The notes under the pieces were generated by a model. That model was given only the letters and a program-made list of their open reading frames with translations. It searched no databases and was not told the origin of the DNA. DNA of 64,000 bases from Malacoraja senta (taxonomy: Eukaryota). Positions within the stretch are counted from its first letter, which is position 1, and every line of letters starts with the position of its first letter. The translations under genes and the position numbers were made by a program. The stretch is taken from NCBI GenBank assembly GCA_038087875.1, contig CM075995.1, forward strand, positions 2,854,001-2,918,000, read 5' to 3'. This document shows positions 25,520 to 37,689 of this stretch, piece by piece.

Positions 25520-25830
25520 AAAGCAAATGCAAAGCTCGGTCCAGTTGCAGATGCCAAGCTCGGTGCAAAGACACAGATGCAAACCCCCCGGGTGACGGTC
25601 GAAATTCAGATGCAAAGCTCGGGTCCAAATTCAGATGCAAAGCTCGGGTCCAAAGACACAAATGCAGAGCTCGGGTCCAAATTCAGATGCAAAGCTCGGG
25701 TCCAAAGACACAAATGCAGAGCTCGGTCCAATTGCAAATGCAAACCTCGGTCCAAAGACACAATTGCAAAGCTCGGTGCAAAGACAAATAAATGCAAGCC
25801 CCGGTCCAAAGACAAAAACCTCAGTCCAAA
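25520..25830. repeat. ~25-27-bp imperfect tandem repeat in the putative SOGA1 5' UTR
   Basis: TGCAAAGCTCGGGTCCAAATTCAGA / TGCAAAGCTCGGGTCCAAAGACACAAA units. Confidence 0.85.
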
Positions 25831-26264
25831 TTACAAATCTCAATCCACAAGCAGTCGGTCCCCTTTTGCTCAGATGTCCAACAACAGTTTCCTTTGTGTC
25901 TTTTTTATATTTTTATTGGAGTGCTGGTGCGATCTATCTATTTCTTGCGATCTCTCTGTTTTCACTGAAACACGCTGGCTGTCTAATGCACCACTCCGCT
26001 CCTGGGAAATACTTAAAGGGATCAGGGGGTATGGAGAGAAGGCAGGTACAGGATACTGAGTTGGTCTACACCTCATGACACATCTCTCTGCACCTCTATA
26101 GGATCACCCCTCAAGGAATAAAGTCCTCGCCTGCACGGCACCTCCCTATTTTTCAAATGTCGAAACCGGGTCTTTGGCGCTGTGAGGCAGCAACTCTACC
26201 GCTGCGCCACCTTGCCGCCCTCTGAGGCATTAAGAACTTTAAAGGAATTAATAATGTGAATGAA

Positions 26265-26670
26265 CTGATAAATAGATTCTTGATTAGTACGGGTGTCGGG
26301 GGGCAATGGGGAGAAAGCCGGAGAATGGGGTTAGGAGGGAGAGATAGATCAGCCTTGATTGATTTCACACAGTGAGTGGTGAATCTCTGGAACTCTCTGC
26401 CACAGAAGGTAGTTGAGGCCAGTTCATTGGCTATATTTAAGAGGGAGTTAGATGTGGCCCTTGTGGCTAAAGGGATCAGGGGGTATGGAGAGAAGGCAGG
26501 TACAGGATACTGAGTGGATGATCAGCCATGATCATATTGAATGGCGGTGCAGGCTCGAAGGGCCGAATGGCCTACTCCTGCACCTATTTTCTATGTTTCT
26601 ATTTTCTATGATTGGCAGCATAGACTTGATGGGCCGAATGGCTTAATTCTGCTCCTATCATTTATGAACT
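26265..26670 (+). mobile_element. Older CR1 tail interrupted by a younger CR1 3' fragment (~26363-26608)
   Basis: Two CR1 tail subtypes; the older resumes at GATTGGCAGCATAGACTTGATGGGCC. Confidence 0.78.
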
Positions 26671-26945
26671 GATTGCAATGTCATCCAGTTGACCATAAAT
26701 TTCCCAAACCGTTCAACCTAGTTCATTACACCCGTGTTCATTCATATCAGAGACGTATTGAAATTGGTAATACATCTTGTGCACTTTTACAGAGTTGATT
26801 TACACGTATTTTTCATTTTAGAGCTTCTGCAATTCATCTGTCATCTGGAGTCACAATGCCGCAATCTCCAGTCTGGTTTGCTGCTGATTAAGTCTCACAG
26901 AGAACGAGTAAACATCTGCACACTTGCATGATGACCAAACAATAA

Positions 26946-27170
26946 GGGCGGCAAGGTGGCGCAACGGTAGAGTTGCAGCCTCACAGCGCCGGAGACCCGG
27001 GTTCGATCCTGACAAAGGGTGCTGTCTGTATGGAGTTTGCACATTCTCCCTGTGACCGCGTGGATTTTCTCCGAGATCTTCAGTTTCCTCCCGCACTACA
27101 AAGACAAACAGGTTTGTAGGTTAATTGGCTTGGTATAAACTAAACTAAACTAAACTAAACGAAACTAAAC
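26946..27170 (+). mobile_element. V-SINE, internally deleted
   Basis: A/B boxes, V-domain, (TAAAC)n. Confidence 0.85.
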
Positions 27171-27444
27171 TGTTCCGGGCCTTTGGTTATATTCTGATCC
27201 CAACTGCTCTTTAACATTTGGCCTTCTCCTTCCCTACCTTCCCTGACACCTCTCTGTCTCTCTTTCTTCTGGCCCTCACTACAACCCCTCTGCCTCCTCT
27301 TCACTCCCAAGTTATCTCCACACCCTTCTTTGCTCTCCAGCCTGAAACTCCTGGGAAAATATCTAATTGCAGAGACCGAGTGGGGACCTGGCGACCATAT
27401 AGCAGAACACTTGTGCTAGGCCCGTCAAGGCCTACTGGAAGGCC

Positions 27445-28100
27445 TGTTAGCCATTTAAAATCCCCTTCCCATTCCCATACTGACTTTTCTGTCCTGATCT
27501 TCCTCCATTGCTAGAGTGAGGCCACAGGCAAACTAGAGGAATAGCACTTCATAGCTTACAACCTAATGGTTTGAAACATTAAAATTCTTAATTACATTCA
27601 ATTTTAAGTACCTCGTTCAACGTCCCCGCCCCCAACCCTCCCTCTTTCTCCCCTACACCCACCTGGACTTGCACCTAATTCTCTCCTTTCCCTCCCACTC
27701 CAGCCACATTCCTTCCTCTGGCTTCACAGTTCACACCTTCAATTCTTTTGTTCACACCTTCTGTTTAAATCTTTGGCCTTTATCCAACCAGCGAGATAGA
27801 GAGGTGTCAGGGGAGGTAGGGAAGGAGAAGGCTTAATGTTGGTGCAGTTGGGATCAGAATATAACCATCTGCCTATCAAACACCCCTCTTGCCTGTGTTC
27901 ACCTATTACCTACCACACTTAGTCTTATGTCTCCGCTCTCCCAGCTTTGTCTCCCCCTCACCCTTACAAACAGTCTGAAGAAGGGTCCCAACCCAAAACG
28001 TCACATGTCCATGTTCTCCAGAGATGCTGCCTGACCCGTTGAGTTATTCCCCACTTTATATCCTTTTTTGTAAACCAGCACCTGCAGTTCCTTGATTCTA
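27445..28100 (+). mobile_element. Decayed Penelope 3' fragment with hammerhead motif
   Basis: Homologous to 45670-46070; CTGAAGAAGGGTCCCAACCCAAAACGTC at ~27974. Confidence 0.7.
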
Positions 28101-28606
28101 TCCAAGACAAAGTTCAAGACTTAGTGGACAGCAATGGCCCTGCCCTCCTGCTTTGGAGATATACAGTATCTATGTTAATCCTGGCTAAATTGGAGCAGCC
28201 ATGGTATTACGATTGACTAAGGGTTTGTGTGCTGCTAGGCCATTTTGGTCAAGTTAAATGTGCCTTTGCTGAACTGAGACAAGCTGCTGAAAGGTGCCAG
28301 TTTGTCTGTGGCCTACATAAGAACTGCAGAGGAAGAATGGGACATCTACAGAAGTATTACAATAAGGTCTGAAATGCATGGAACTGATTAGGTCAATGCA
28401 AACCAGATATACATATTGTAAATAATGTTGCGAAGCCTTACTTTGTTAGTTGTTGATTGGTTGAAATGTTAAGCTTTGGCTGGGTTGTCTGAATACCAAG
28501 GCACATGTTGCATTATTCATCTGTGTTAGCTTCTTTCTAGAAGCTCCTTTCAAATACAATGTATTAGTTACTATGTTATTGAGTTAGGGAACTGTCAATC
28601 ATGTAC

Positions 28607-28929
28607 TGTCATAATCGATATGTGTTATTGGACTGAACAGAGACCACCTCCATGTGGTTCGGCCCCTCGGGGTTCGGGGACCTATAAAAGGTAGCTCCCA
28701 CGTGGTCCAATGTTGATCTTTTGGGACTGCATGACCTTTTGGAGTGTCTCTGCTTGCACGAGGCTGGAAGGGCTTGGCCAAGCAGATACAAGGATTGAAC
28801 CCGCGGTGGTTAGGCACTGTATAGGGGAATTTGTATTGTGTTATCCAAATTAAAGTTTAGTTGTTCAAGTGTTTCAGTATTTTATTGACTGAAACTTGAC
28901 TGGGGGGAGCTTAGAACAAGCTATTTACA
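28607..28929 (+). repeat. Probable solo LTR
   Basis: TGT...ACA ends, TATAAAA box, ATTAAA signal; flanks TGTAC/TCTAC (one mismatch). Confidence 0.45.
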
Positions 28930-29759
28930 TCTACAGCAACCATCTTAAAGCACTGTAGAGATCTAGGGCAGCACGGTGACGCAGCAGTAGAGTTGCTGCC
29001 TTACAGTGCTTGCAGCGCCGGCGACCCGGGTTTAATCCCGACTATGGGTGTTGTCTGCACGGAGTTTGTACGTTCTCCCCATGACCATGTGGGCTTTCTC
29101 TGAGATCTTCGGTTTCCCCACACTCCAAAGGCGTACAGGTTTGTAGTTAAACTTGAAAGGAAAAGCCTTTTAAAAAAAGACAAGGTTGTGTAAAATATAT
29201 TTGTAGGTGGTCTGATTCAACCCAAAACATTGACAATTCGAATTAGCCAAATGCAGGCAGGTGGGACTAGTGTAGTTGGGACATGTTGGCCGGTGTGGGC
29301 AATAGTTGGGCCGCTGTATCACTCTTTGGCTCTATGACACGAATTCCTTTCTCCCCAAAGATTATGAGTTCCAAAAGCAGATTTTGTTGATGACTTGAAG
29401 ATTGATTTTGGAGAGAGTGAAAAAGTATGTTAAAGGATATGGAAAGATTTAGATCGGCTGGAGAGTTGAATGGAGAATTAGCAGAATTAACATAATCTTG
29501 AAAAATGTGAGGTAATGCACGGACGTGTACAATATATGCCAGGGAGGATGTGTCCAATAAATGCCAGTGACCTCAGGAGTGCTGATGTACAAATAGACCT
29601 TAGGGTGCAGGTTTGTCATTCCCTGAAGACGCTGACATGGATGAAGAGGGGATGAGTGTGAATAAGGCTTAACTGAGGGTGTTATTTGACCTTAAATCTC
29701 CATGGAAGCTGATGGATCAATTTTGACTTTCGCTGGTTTCTTAAGAATGGCGGGAGAAA

Positions 29760-30078
29760 TGGGTGGCAGCGGTAGAGTTGCTGCCTTACAGGGCTAAAAG
29801 CGCCAGAGACCTGGGTTCGATCCTGGCTACCTGTGCTTGTCTGTGCGGAGTTTGTACATTCTCCCTGTGAACTGTGTGGGTTTTCTCCGAGAACTTTGGC
29901 TTCCTCCCACACTCCAAAGACGTACAGGTTTGTAGGCTAATTGGCTTGGTGTAAATATAAAAAATTGTCCAAAGTGTAGGATAGTGTTGGTGTGCGGGGA
30001 TCGCTGGTCGGTGCGGACTCGGTGAGCCGAGGATGCTGTTTCGGCGCTGTATCTCTGAACTAAACTAAACAAAACTAA
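29760..30078 (+). mobile_element. V-SINE
   Basis: tRNA head, V-domain, (CTAAA)n. Confidence 0.85.
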
Positions 30079-30284
30079 ATGGGGTTGAGGGGGAAAAATA
30101 AATCAGTCATGATTGAATGACATAGTAGATTCGATGGGCTGAATGGCCTAATACTGCACCTATGTCTAATGGTCATGGTCTGATCGTGAGGCCTCCAAAT
30201 GGAAAATGAACTGCAGGCATCAGGAGCCATGGGAGGCCAGGCAGTGTCAAAACTCAAGGAGCCTCTGCCTGTTTTACTAAAACA

Positions 30285-30740
30285 AACCTGAGTAACAAAC
30301 TCACCAGGAAGGCTGGCTCCTTCCTGGGGGCAAAGTTAGATTCATGGGAGGCGGTCTTGGAGGGGAGGATGCTCCTCAAACTGCGGAGCATCCTGGACAA
30401 TACAGCTCACCCCCTCCATGACACACTGGTCAACCTGAGGAGCACCTTCAGCAACAGACTGGTTCCACCAAGATGCAGCACAGAACACCACAGGAGATCC
30501 TTCTACCCTGTGGCTATCAAACTGTACAACTCCTCCACCTTCTGTCATGGGGTAGACTGAGACTGACTCCAGCTCCCCCCCCCCCCACCCCCTCCCCAAT
30601 CGTTGCACACCCCCCCCCCCCCCTCCAATCCTTTCCACTTGTCACATTAATTTCATGTTTCATGTATTTTGTGTTTTTATGATTGTCGGCAGATCAATTT
30701 CCCTCCTGGGAAAAATAAAGTTCTATCGTATCATATCATA
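30285..30740 (+). mobile_element. Rex1/Babar LINE 3' fragment (second subfamily)
   Basis: KLRSILDNTAHPLHDTL..RSTFSNRL..PRCSTE..RRSFYPVAIKLYN; AATAAA plus (TATCG/TATCA)n. Confidence 0.8.
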
Positions 30741-32204
30741 ACAATTTTCCCTGTGAGCCAAAGAGAGCTCTTGTTTGTATTTTACGTGGGATTGTGATGG
30801 TGAAGACATGCAAGTGGTCATTTGTATGCTCGGAGCAAACAACACTCTTAATTAAATATAAGGGTTTGCCTTTATTCCTGTTCTTTGCTTTCGGCAATTG
30901 TGTGCGGAAAGGGTAAAGGGAGAAAGAGGCAGAACCATTATTATTATCCTGGCTGAAGAAGATGGGAAGTCAGCTTTGTTCATCTGTCTCAGCTACGGGT
31001 GAGAAAAATTATGCCAACCGAGGAAATGATAAAGATGAACCCATAATTAACAGGGGAAGCTCCTCCGGCCTCATTTGCAATTGATTATCAGTGAGGTTAC
31101 ACTTTGATCTCGTTGCATCTTTTTAATGGAGGAAGATCAAGTGACTTGCATGGATTCAGTGCAAAAATCAACCCATTGTCACTTGAACTCTCTGTTCTGG
31201 ATCGGTCCAACTCTAGCTGCTATTGTCTTTCTAATTAGAGGGACTGTGCAAATGCTGCCAAGAGAAGGGTATCTTCCTCACTCCTGAATTCTTTCCCCAT
31301 AGAATTTTAAAGCATAGAACTTGGTGGCGCAGCGGTAGAGTTGCTGCCTTACAATGCTTGCGGTGCTGGAGACTCAGGTTCGAACCCGACTATGGGTGCT
31401 GTCTGTACGGAGTTTGCACGTTCTCCCCGTGGCCGCATGGGTTTTCTCCGAGATCTACGGTTTGAGCCATGAGCACATTGAACGGCGGTGCTGGCTCGAA
31501 GGGCCGAATGGCCTACTCTGCACCTATTGTCTATTGTCTATTTTCCTCCCACACTCCATATACGTGCAGGTTTCTAGGTTAATTGGCTTGGTATAAGTGT
31601 AAATTGTCCTAGCAGGGGTAGGATATGGTTGATGTGCTGACTCAGTGGGCCGAAGGGCCTGTTCCCACGCTGTATCTCTAAACTAAACTCAACTAAACTA
31701 AAACTGCATAGGGGTTTTTGCACTTCATCGACTTCTGAAAATCTTGCCCCTGCAATCATTTACAGGGTCTTGGGTCCCAAGGTCCAAAGCCATGCATGTT
31801 TCTGTTCACGTTGCATAAAGAAGGGTGTGGATGCGCTGAAGTAGATGAAACAACTAGCCGAAAGGATGATGCCTGCTTTACTTCTCAGAATTGACTGAAT
31901 AGGCTGAGGCTGTTTTCTCTCGATAAGGGAAGTGTTGACACGTGACCTTAAACACTGAAAGGATTTGAAAGGGTAAAGAATGAAGAAAACGCTTCCACTT
32001 GTGCGATGTCCCAAAACTGAGGACACAACATGGGAAGTGTCAACAGAGAATGAAGGAGAAACATTTCAGCCCAGCGAGTGGGAATGGCTTGGAATGTGTT
32101 CCTGGAAGGATTGGTAGAATGACTTTCATGGGAATTATGATATTCATGTGGGAGAATAATTAATTGGAAAGGGTTAAGAAAAACATGAACAGACGGGAAT
32201 TTAG

Positions 32205-32515
32205 ACATTAGACTTAGAGAGATAGATCGCGGAAACAGGCTCTTCGGCCCACCGGGTCCGTGCTGACCAGTGATCACCCTGTACGCTAACACTATCCTAC
32301 ACACTAGGGACAATTTACAATTTTACCGAAGGCAATTAACCCAAAAATCTGTACGTCTTTGGAGTGTGGGTGGAAACCGGAGTACCCGGGGTAAAACACA
32401 CGCAGTCACGGGGAGAACGTACAAACTCTGTACAGACAGCACCCGTATTCAGGATTGAAACTGGGTCTCTGGTGCTGTGAGGCAGCAACTCTACCGCTGC
32501 GCTGCCGTGCCGCCC
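32205..32515 (-). mobile_element. V-SINE
   Basis: Full body and tRNA head on the minus strand. Confidence 0.85.
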
Positions 32516-34098
32516 CCAGATAAAGCAGAGATAAAGTGCAGACACAGAGGGTGTCTGTTTGGGTGAATGGCCTTTTCCTTTGCTGTAAACTTGATGTAAC
32601 TCTCTGGACCAAGTTGTTGTGGATTTGAAAGTGTGGAGCGAATGTGATGCGTGATTGCAGATCCACCTTCTGCGACCAACACACAAAGAGTCGTCTGTCT
32701 TGGGCGCCGTCTCGGATCCATTTTGGAATAGGACCCTGTATCTCACTGTTGAGGTTACCGAGTGACGAATGCATGCCTAGGTGCGGTATTAGAAGGTTGG
32801 ACAACAATACGATGAAAAAATAGGAAAGAGGTTTATTTTATTTTAGTTTAGTTTAGTATAGAGATACAGCGCGGAAACAGGCCCTTCGGCTCACTGAGTC
32901 CACACCAACCAGGTGGGCCGAAGGGCCTGTTTCCGCGCTCTATCTCTGAAGTCTAAAATCTAAATTCCCTTCGAGCCTGCACCGCCATTCAATATGATCA
33001 TGGCTGATCATCCAACTCAGTATCCTGTACCTGCCTTCTCTCCATACCTGATCCCTTTAGCCACAAGGGCCACATCTAACTCCCTCTTAAATATAGCCAA
33101 TGAACTGGCCTCAACTACCTTCTGTGGCAGAGAATTCCACAGATTCACCACTCTCTGTGTAAAAAATGAAATGTTTCTGGGCTGAAATGTTTCTCCTTAA
33201 TTCTCCGTAGACACTTCCCATGTTGTGTCCTCAGTTTAAACTACACCAACCTATGCATGCATAAATTATATGATATGTTCACCAGAAGCAAAACGTTGGC
33301 GTTACAAATGAAACCACTGAGCCTAGGTGTCGTGTATTTTTTTGGGGGCTGACAAGAAAATATACATTGTCTCAGCAGCGGGTTGTTAATCATATCAGTT
33401 GCATCTTACCAACCTCTCTTATCGTACGGTAATTATCCCCATCTAATGAGGGGCACCAAAGTTACGGGAGCATTTAATAAATTTCATTAGGAGGATGTTG
33501 CAACAGGAAATGTCACATTTGATAAATTTGCTAGGTACGACGCCTGATGTACAACGTGTAAAACTTCCGAGGATAATCCTGTAACGGTGAGAGTTCAAAT
33601 CGCCAAACGTTAATGAGACAGTCAGATTAATTTGTTTCTTCACAATTCCGTGCTGCACTGTCTTATTAGAAGCCACTGTTGTTCATTTGCTCTCTGACCC
33701 GCTGAGGTAGGAACTCGGTCATTAAGTGGATGGTAATTAGTCATTAGAATATACGGGCAGGAATTTGTAATGCTGCAGATATCCATCACTAAAGAGCAAA
33801 GAAACTGGCAGCTCCAACAGCGATTCATTAGACTCTGAGCTGGAAGACCTTGAGATGAAACTGGGTCCTATTCACGCAAGGACACAAAGTGCTGGAGTAA
33901 CTCAGCAGGTCGGGCAGCATCTCTGTAGAACATGGATAGGTGACGTTTCGGGTGGAGTTAATGTGCAATGCTATTTGGTAGTTTAATTTGGTGTAGTTTA
34001 GAGATACAGCGCGGAAACAGGCCCTTCAGCCCACCGAGTCCGCGCCGACCAGCGATCCCCGCACACTAACACAATCCTGCACACACTAAGGACAATTT

Positions 34099-34298
34099 NN
34101 NNNNNNNNNNNNNNNNNNNNNNNNNNNNNNNNNNNNNNNNNNNNNNNNNNNNNNNNNNNNNNNNNNNNNNNNNNNNNNNNNNNNNNNNNNNNNNNNNNNN
34201 NNNNNNNNNNNNNNNNNNNNNNNNNNNNNNNNNNNNNNNNNNNNNNNNNNNNNNNNNNNNNNNNNNNNNNNNNNNNNNNNNNNNNNNNNNNNNNNNNN
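34099..34298. other. Assembly gap (200 N)
   Basis: Run of N between a SINE and a CR1 fragment. Confidence 1.
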
Positions 34299-35654
34299 TC
34301 GCTGGAGTTGAGAAGGATGAGGGAGGACCTAATTGAAACTTACGGAAGAGTGAAAGACCTGGATGGAATGGATGTGGAGAGAATGTTTCCACTTGTGGGA
34401 GAGAATAAAAGGACATGCATTTAGAATGGTGATGAGGAGGAATTTATTTTGTCAAAGTGTGGTGAATCTGTGGAATTCATTATCACGGGGCTGTGGAGGC
34501 CACCAATGGATATTGTTATGGTGGAGATTGATAGATTCTTGATTAGTACGGGTGTCAGTGGTTATGGGGAGAAGGCAGGAGAATAGGCTTGAATGGCAGA
34601 GTACACTTGATGGGCCGAATGGCCGAACTGGAGTACTGCATTCGGATTTGGTCACAGTACTTAAAGAAGGGTTGATTTACATTCATACCAAGACAATTAG
34701 CCGACAAACCTGTACGTCTTTGGAGTGTGGGAGGAAACCGAAGATCTCGGAGAAAACCCAGGCGGTCGAAGGGATAACGTAATGTATACAAACTCCATAC
34801 AGACAGCACCCGTAGTCGGGATCGAACCTGCATCTCTGGCGCTGATAGTGCTGTAAGGCAGCAACTCTACCGCTGCATCACCCTGCCGTCCGGTCCGAAG
34901 AATGGTGCCGACCCCGAAACGTCACCCGTTCCTTTCCTCCAGAGATGCTGCCTGACCCACTGAGTGGGTCCAGCACTTGGCGTCTATTTTCGGTATGAGC
35001 CAGCGCCTGCAGTTCCTTCCTTCACGTCAATGATCCCTGGCTAATGGCTGCAATAGTGCTCAGACTTCCTCATTAAAGGGGGTTATCTGACTCAGATTTT
35101 ACAGTCTTAGGTTTCTTTTTGGCGTCGCTGAAAGTATGATCAATCTGACTAGACAGAACCACAATGGACCATCGCTTATTGAAGCCAGCTACTGTCCAAC
35201 TAATCAGTGGCGTTGAGTGTAACATTGCAAGCCGGTTATATCTTGTGGTACAGTCAGTTCTTTAAACTCATTTACACTATGAAGCTTCCTCATTAATAAG
35301 TCGAATCTACCCATACAAACCGTAAATTATCTACACATGTGAAATTACACATTAACTAATCATTTGCAGACTAACGCAGATATAAATGTACTCATTTTCT
35401 CAATCTATTCATTAACAAAGCTCCTCGCCACCTGCTGTTCTCAACATCTCCTTAATTGTTGCATTAATAGATTACCTCTGCAACACTAAACATACTGTGT
35501 GCAGTATGCAGTTCACAGAAACCTTAGCACAAACATCTAATAACACTAATTAATAACTACAGCACTGCAAATATCCAATGTATTTGACACAGTACTAAAT
35601 ATTGTGAATTCAATGTTAACTGCCTCGTTGGTTGCCTTTTCGCACTCTCCATCT

Positions 35655-35955
35655 TAGATTAGTTTAGTTTCGAGATACAGCGCGAAAACAGGCCCTTCAT
35701 CCCACTGCGTCCGCGCCAACCAGCAATCCGCGCACACTAACACTATCCGACACACTATATTTCACCGAAGTATATTAACCTACAAACCTGTACGACTTTG
35801 ACGCGTGGGAGGAAATCAGAGCACCCGGGGAAAACCTCATGCGGATCACGGGGAGAAGGTACAAAATCCGTACAGACAGCACCAGTAGTCAGGATCGAAC
35901 CTGGGTCTCTGGCGCCGTAAGGCAGCAACTCTACCGCTGCGCCACCGTGCCGCCT
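35655..35955 (-). mobile_element. V-SINE
   Basis: Tail, V-domain and tRNA head. Confidence 0.85.
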
Positions 35956-36527
35956 CTTCCGTTTTCTTGCGTTTGTTTTCACGCTGCCGTGTTCTTCGTG
36001 ATTTCTCCCTTCCGGTTCTTTTCTTTTTTAGTTCAGTTTGTCGTCACGTGTACCGAGGTACAGTGGAAAGCTTTTTGTTGCGTGGATATTTTTAAGGCAG
36101 AGATAGATAGATTCTTGATTAGTCCGGATGTCAGAGGTTATGGGGAGAAGGAAGGAGAATGGGGTTAGGAGGGAGACATGTATCAGCCATGATTGAATGG
36201 CGGAGTAGGCTTGATGGGCTGAATGGCCTAATTCTACGCCTATACCTTATGACCTTATGAGCTCTGTGATTATTTTTGATTTGTGGATCCAGTCCATATG
36301 GCAGTAAACACTGGTTAAATGTTTTGCTCATGCTACTAGGTTCTGGAGCCACCAGGAAACTCTTACGCTAATTAAATGTTTAGGAAGCCATATGGCCAAA
36401 GGATATGTCAACGAGGATGTTGTCTTTCTCATTCCATCTCTGGCACAGAAAGAAATCAGATGCTAAAATCATTCCTTTAAACATAATGTCCTGCTCATCC
36501 CAAGGAACCATTTGTTGTGATCATATA

Positions 36528-36936
36528 CAATGTTCCCTCTAATTTTTAGCAGTTCGTGCACGCAGAAATCTTGTATTGTGCAATTATTTATGCTGTTACA
36601 AATGACACTGAATTCTTGTGCAAATATATGACCTCATGCAGTAGTTTTTACTATTCCGCTAAGCCATTCATTTTAAACCAGCTTGCAGTACTTTGGTGCT
36701 TCACACCCTTTGCACCCTTTGAATTTGACATGGTGATTCAAAATTTCTTTCAATAAAAACTCAATAAGCAAGCTACAGAATTTGCAAGCTATCATTTATG
36801 GCGGAGAAATTTTATAACGGAGATTTTTTTTTCTCCAGAATTTCTAAAGCCTTTGTGCGCACATACATTTTCTTTGTGCACTGGTTTCAAAACTTGTGTG
36901 CTGCGCGCACACGCGCACAGCTCAGTGGGAACATTG
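36528..36936. mobile_element. hAT-type MITE (409 bp)
   Basis: TIRs CAATGTTCCCTCT / AGTGGGAACATTG; 8-bp TSD ATCATATA / ATCATACA. Confidence 0.88.
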
Positions 36937-37056
36937 ATCATACATTTTAATCACATATTACAATACTGACTGCTCTTGATGGCGACATCAATCTGCAAGC
37001 CAAGGTCTGTCACAAGACCAAATGTTCAACCTTAAGACAGCACCGGGCAAACAATA

Positions 37057-37475
37057 TTGGAATGGAATACTTTATTGTCACATGTGACAGGGGACAGTTA
37101 AATTCTTTGCTTGCACACCCAAGGTATGCAAATAGTCGCCACATAAAGAATGCCTACAAAGTTACAAAGTACCCTCTCCAGGTCCTCCATTGTTCTTACC
37201 CCCTCACGGTGGTTCCCCCGTGTCCTCATAGACAGCCAATCGCGGGTCAACCATGAGGCTTGACCACCACGAGGCCTCACCACGTGGCCCCACCGCTGCC
37301 GAGGCTCCACCGCCTTCGCCAAGGCTCCACCACTGCCAAGGCTCGACTGCTGCCGAGAGGCTCCACTGCCACCGCCGCTGCCCCACCGCCGCCGCTGAGG
37401 CCTCACCACCACGGCCGAGGCTCCATCACCGCCGCTGAGGCACCACTGCTGCCGAGAGGCTCCACCACCGCCCTC
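37057..37475 (-). mobile_element. Non-autonomous element with Rex1-like 3' end and ~20-bp GC-rich tandem repeats
   Basis: Minus-strand ...GTCACATGTGACAATAAAGTATTCC tail; repeated GCCGAGGCTCCACCAC units at 37270-37470. Confidence 0.55.
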
Positions 37476-37689
37476 GATTACAGCTGAAGAAGCAATTCTC
37501 AAGGCATTGTTTATTAATCCCAATGAACATCCTGTCCCATCACGGAAACAATCACTAGAATGGAAACAGGCCCTTCGGCTCAACCTCAGTGGAAACTTAA
37601 ACGAAGACCCCAAAGATGAAAGAGAAGAAATGTCTCTGTAAGTTGAAGGCTGCGTTCATTCATCAGACAGAAACTGATGAGAGTGCACA

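Larger units (their letters stand above)
24115..26070 (-). mobile_element. Chimeric Gypsy LTR retroelement carrying a captured SOGA1 cDNA fragment
   Basis: TSD CCTCA (24110-24114, 26071-26075) within a CR1 fragment; minus-strand ends TGTAGA...TTACA; PPT, LTR and integrase tail present. Confidence 0.82.

Noticed and set aside
24728..26078. Overlapping long ORFs (e.g. 24766-25791 +, 25433-26059 +)
   Set aside because: Shadow frames of GC-rich and tandem-repeat sequence with no recognisable domains.
26946..27020. tRNA genes at SINE heads
   Set aside because: A/B boxes continue straight into V-SINE bodies; these are SINE heads, not standalone tRNAs.
34099..34298. ORF 34066-34416 spanning the N run
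   Set aside because: Artefact of the assembly gap.
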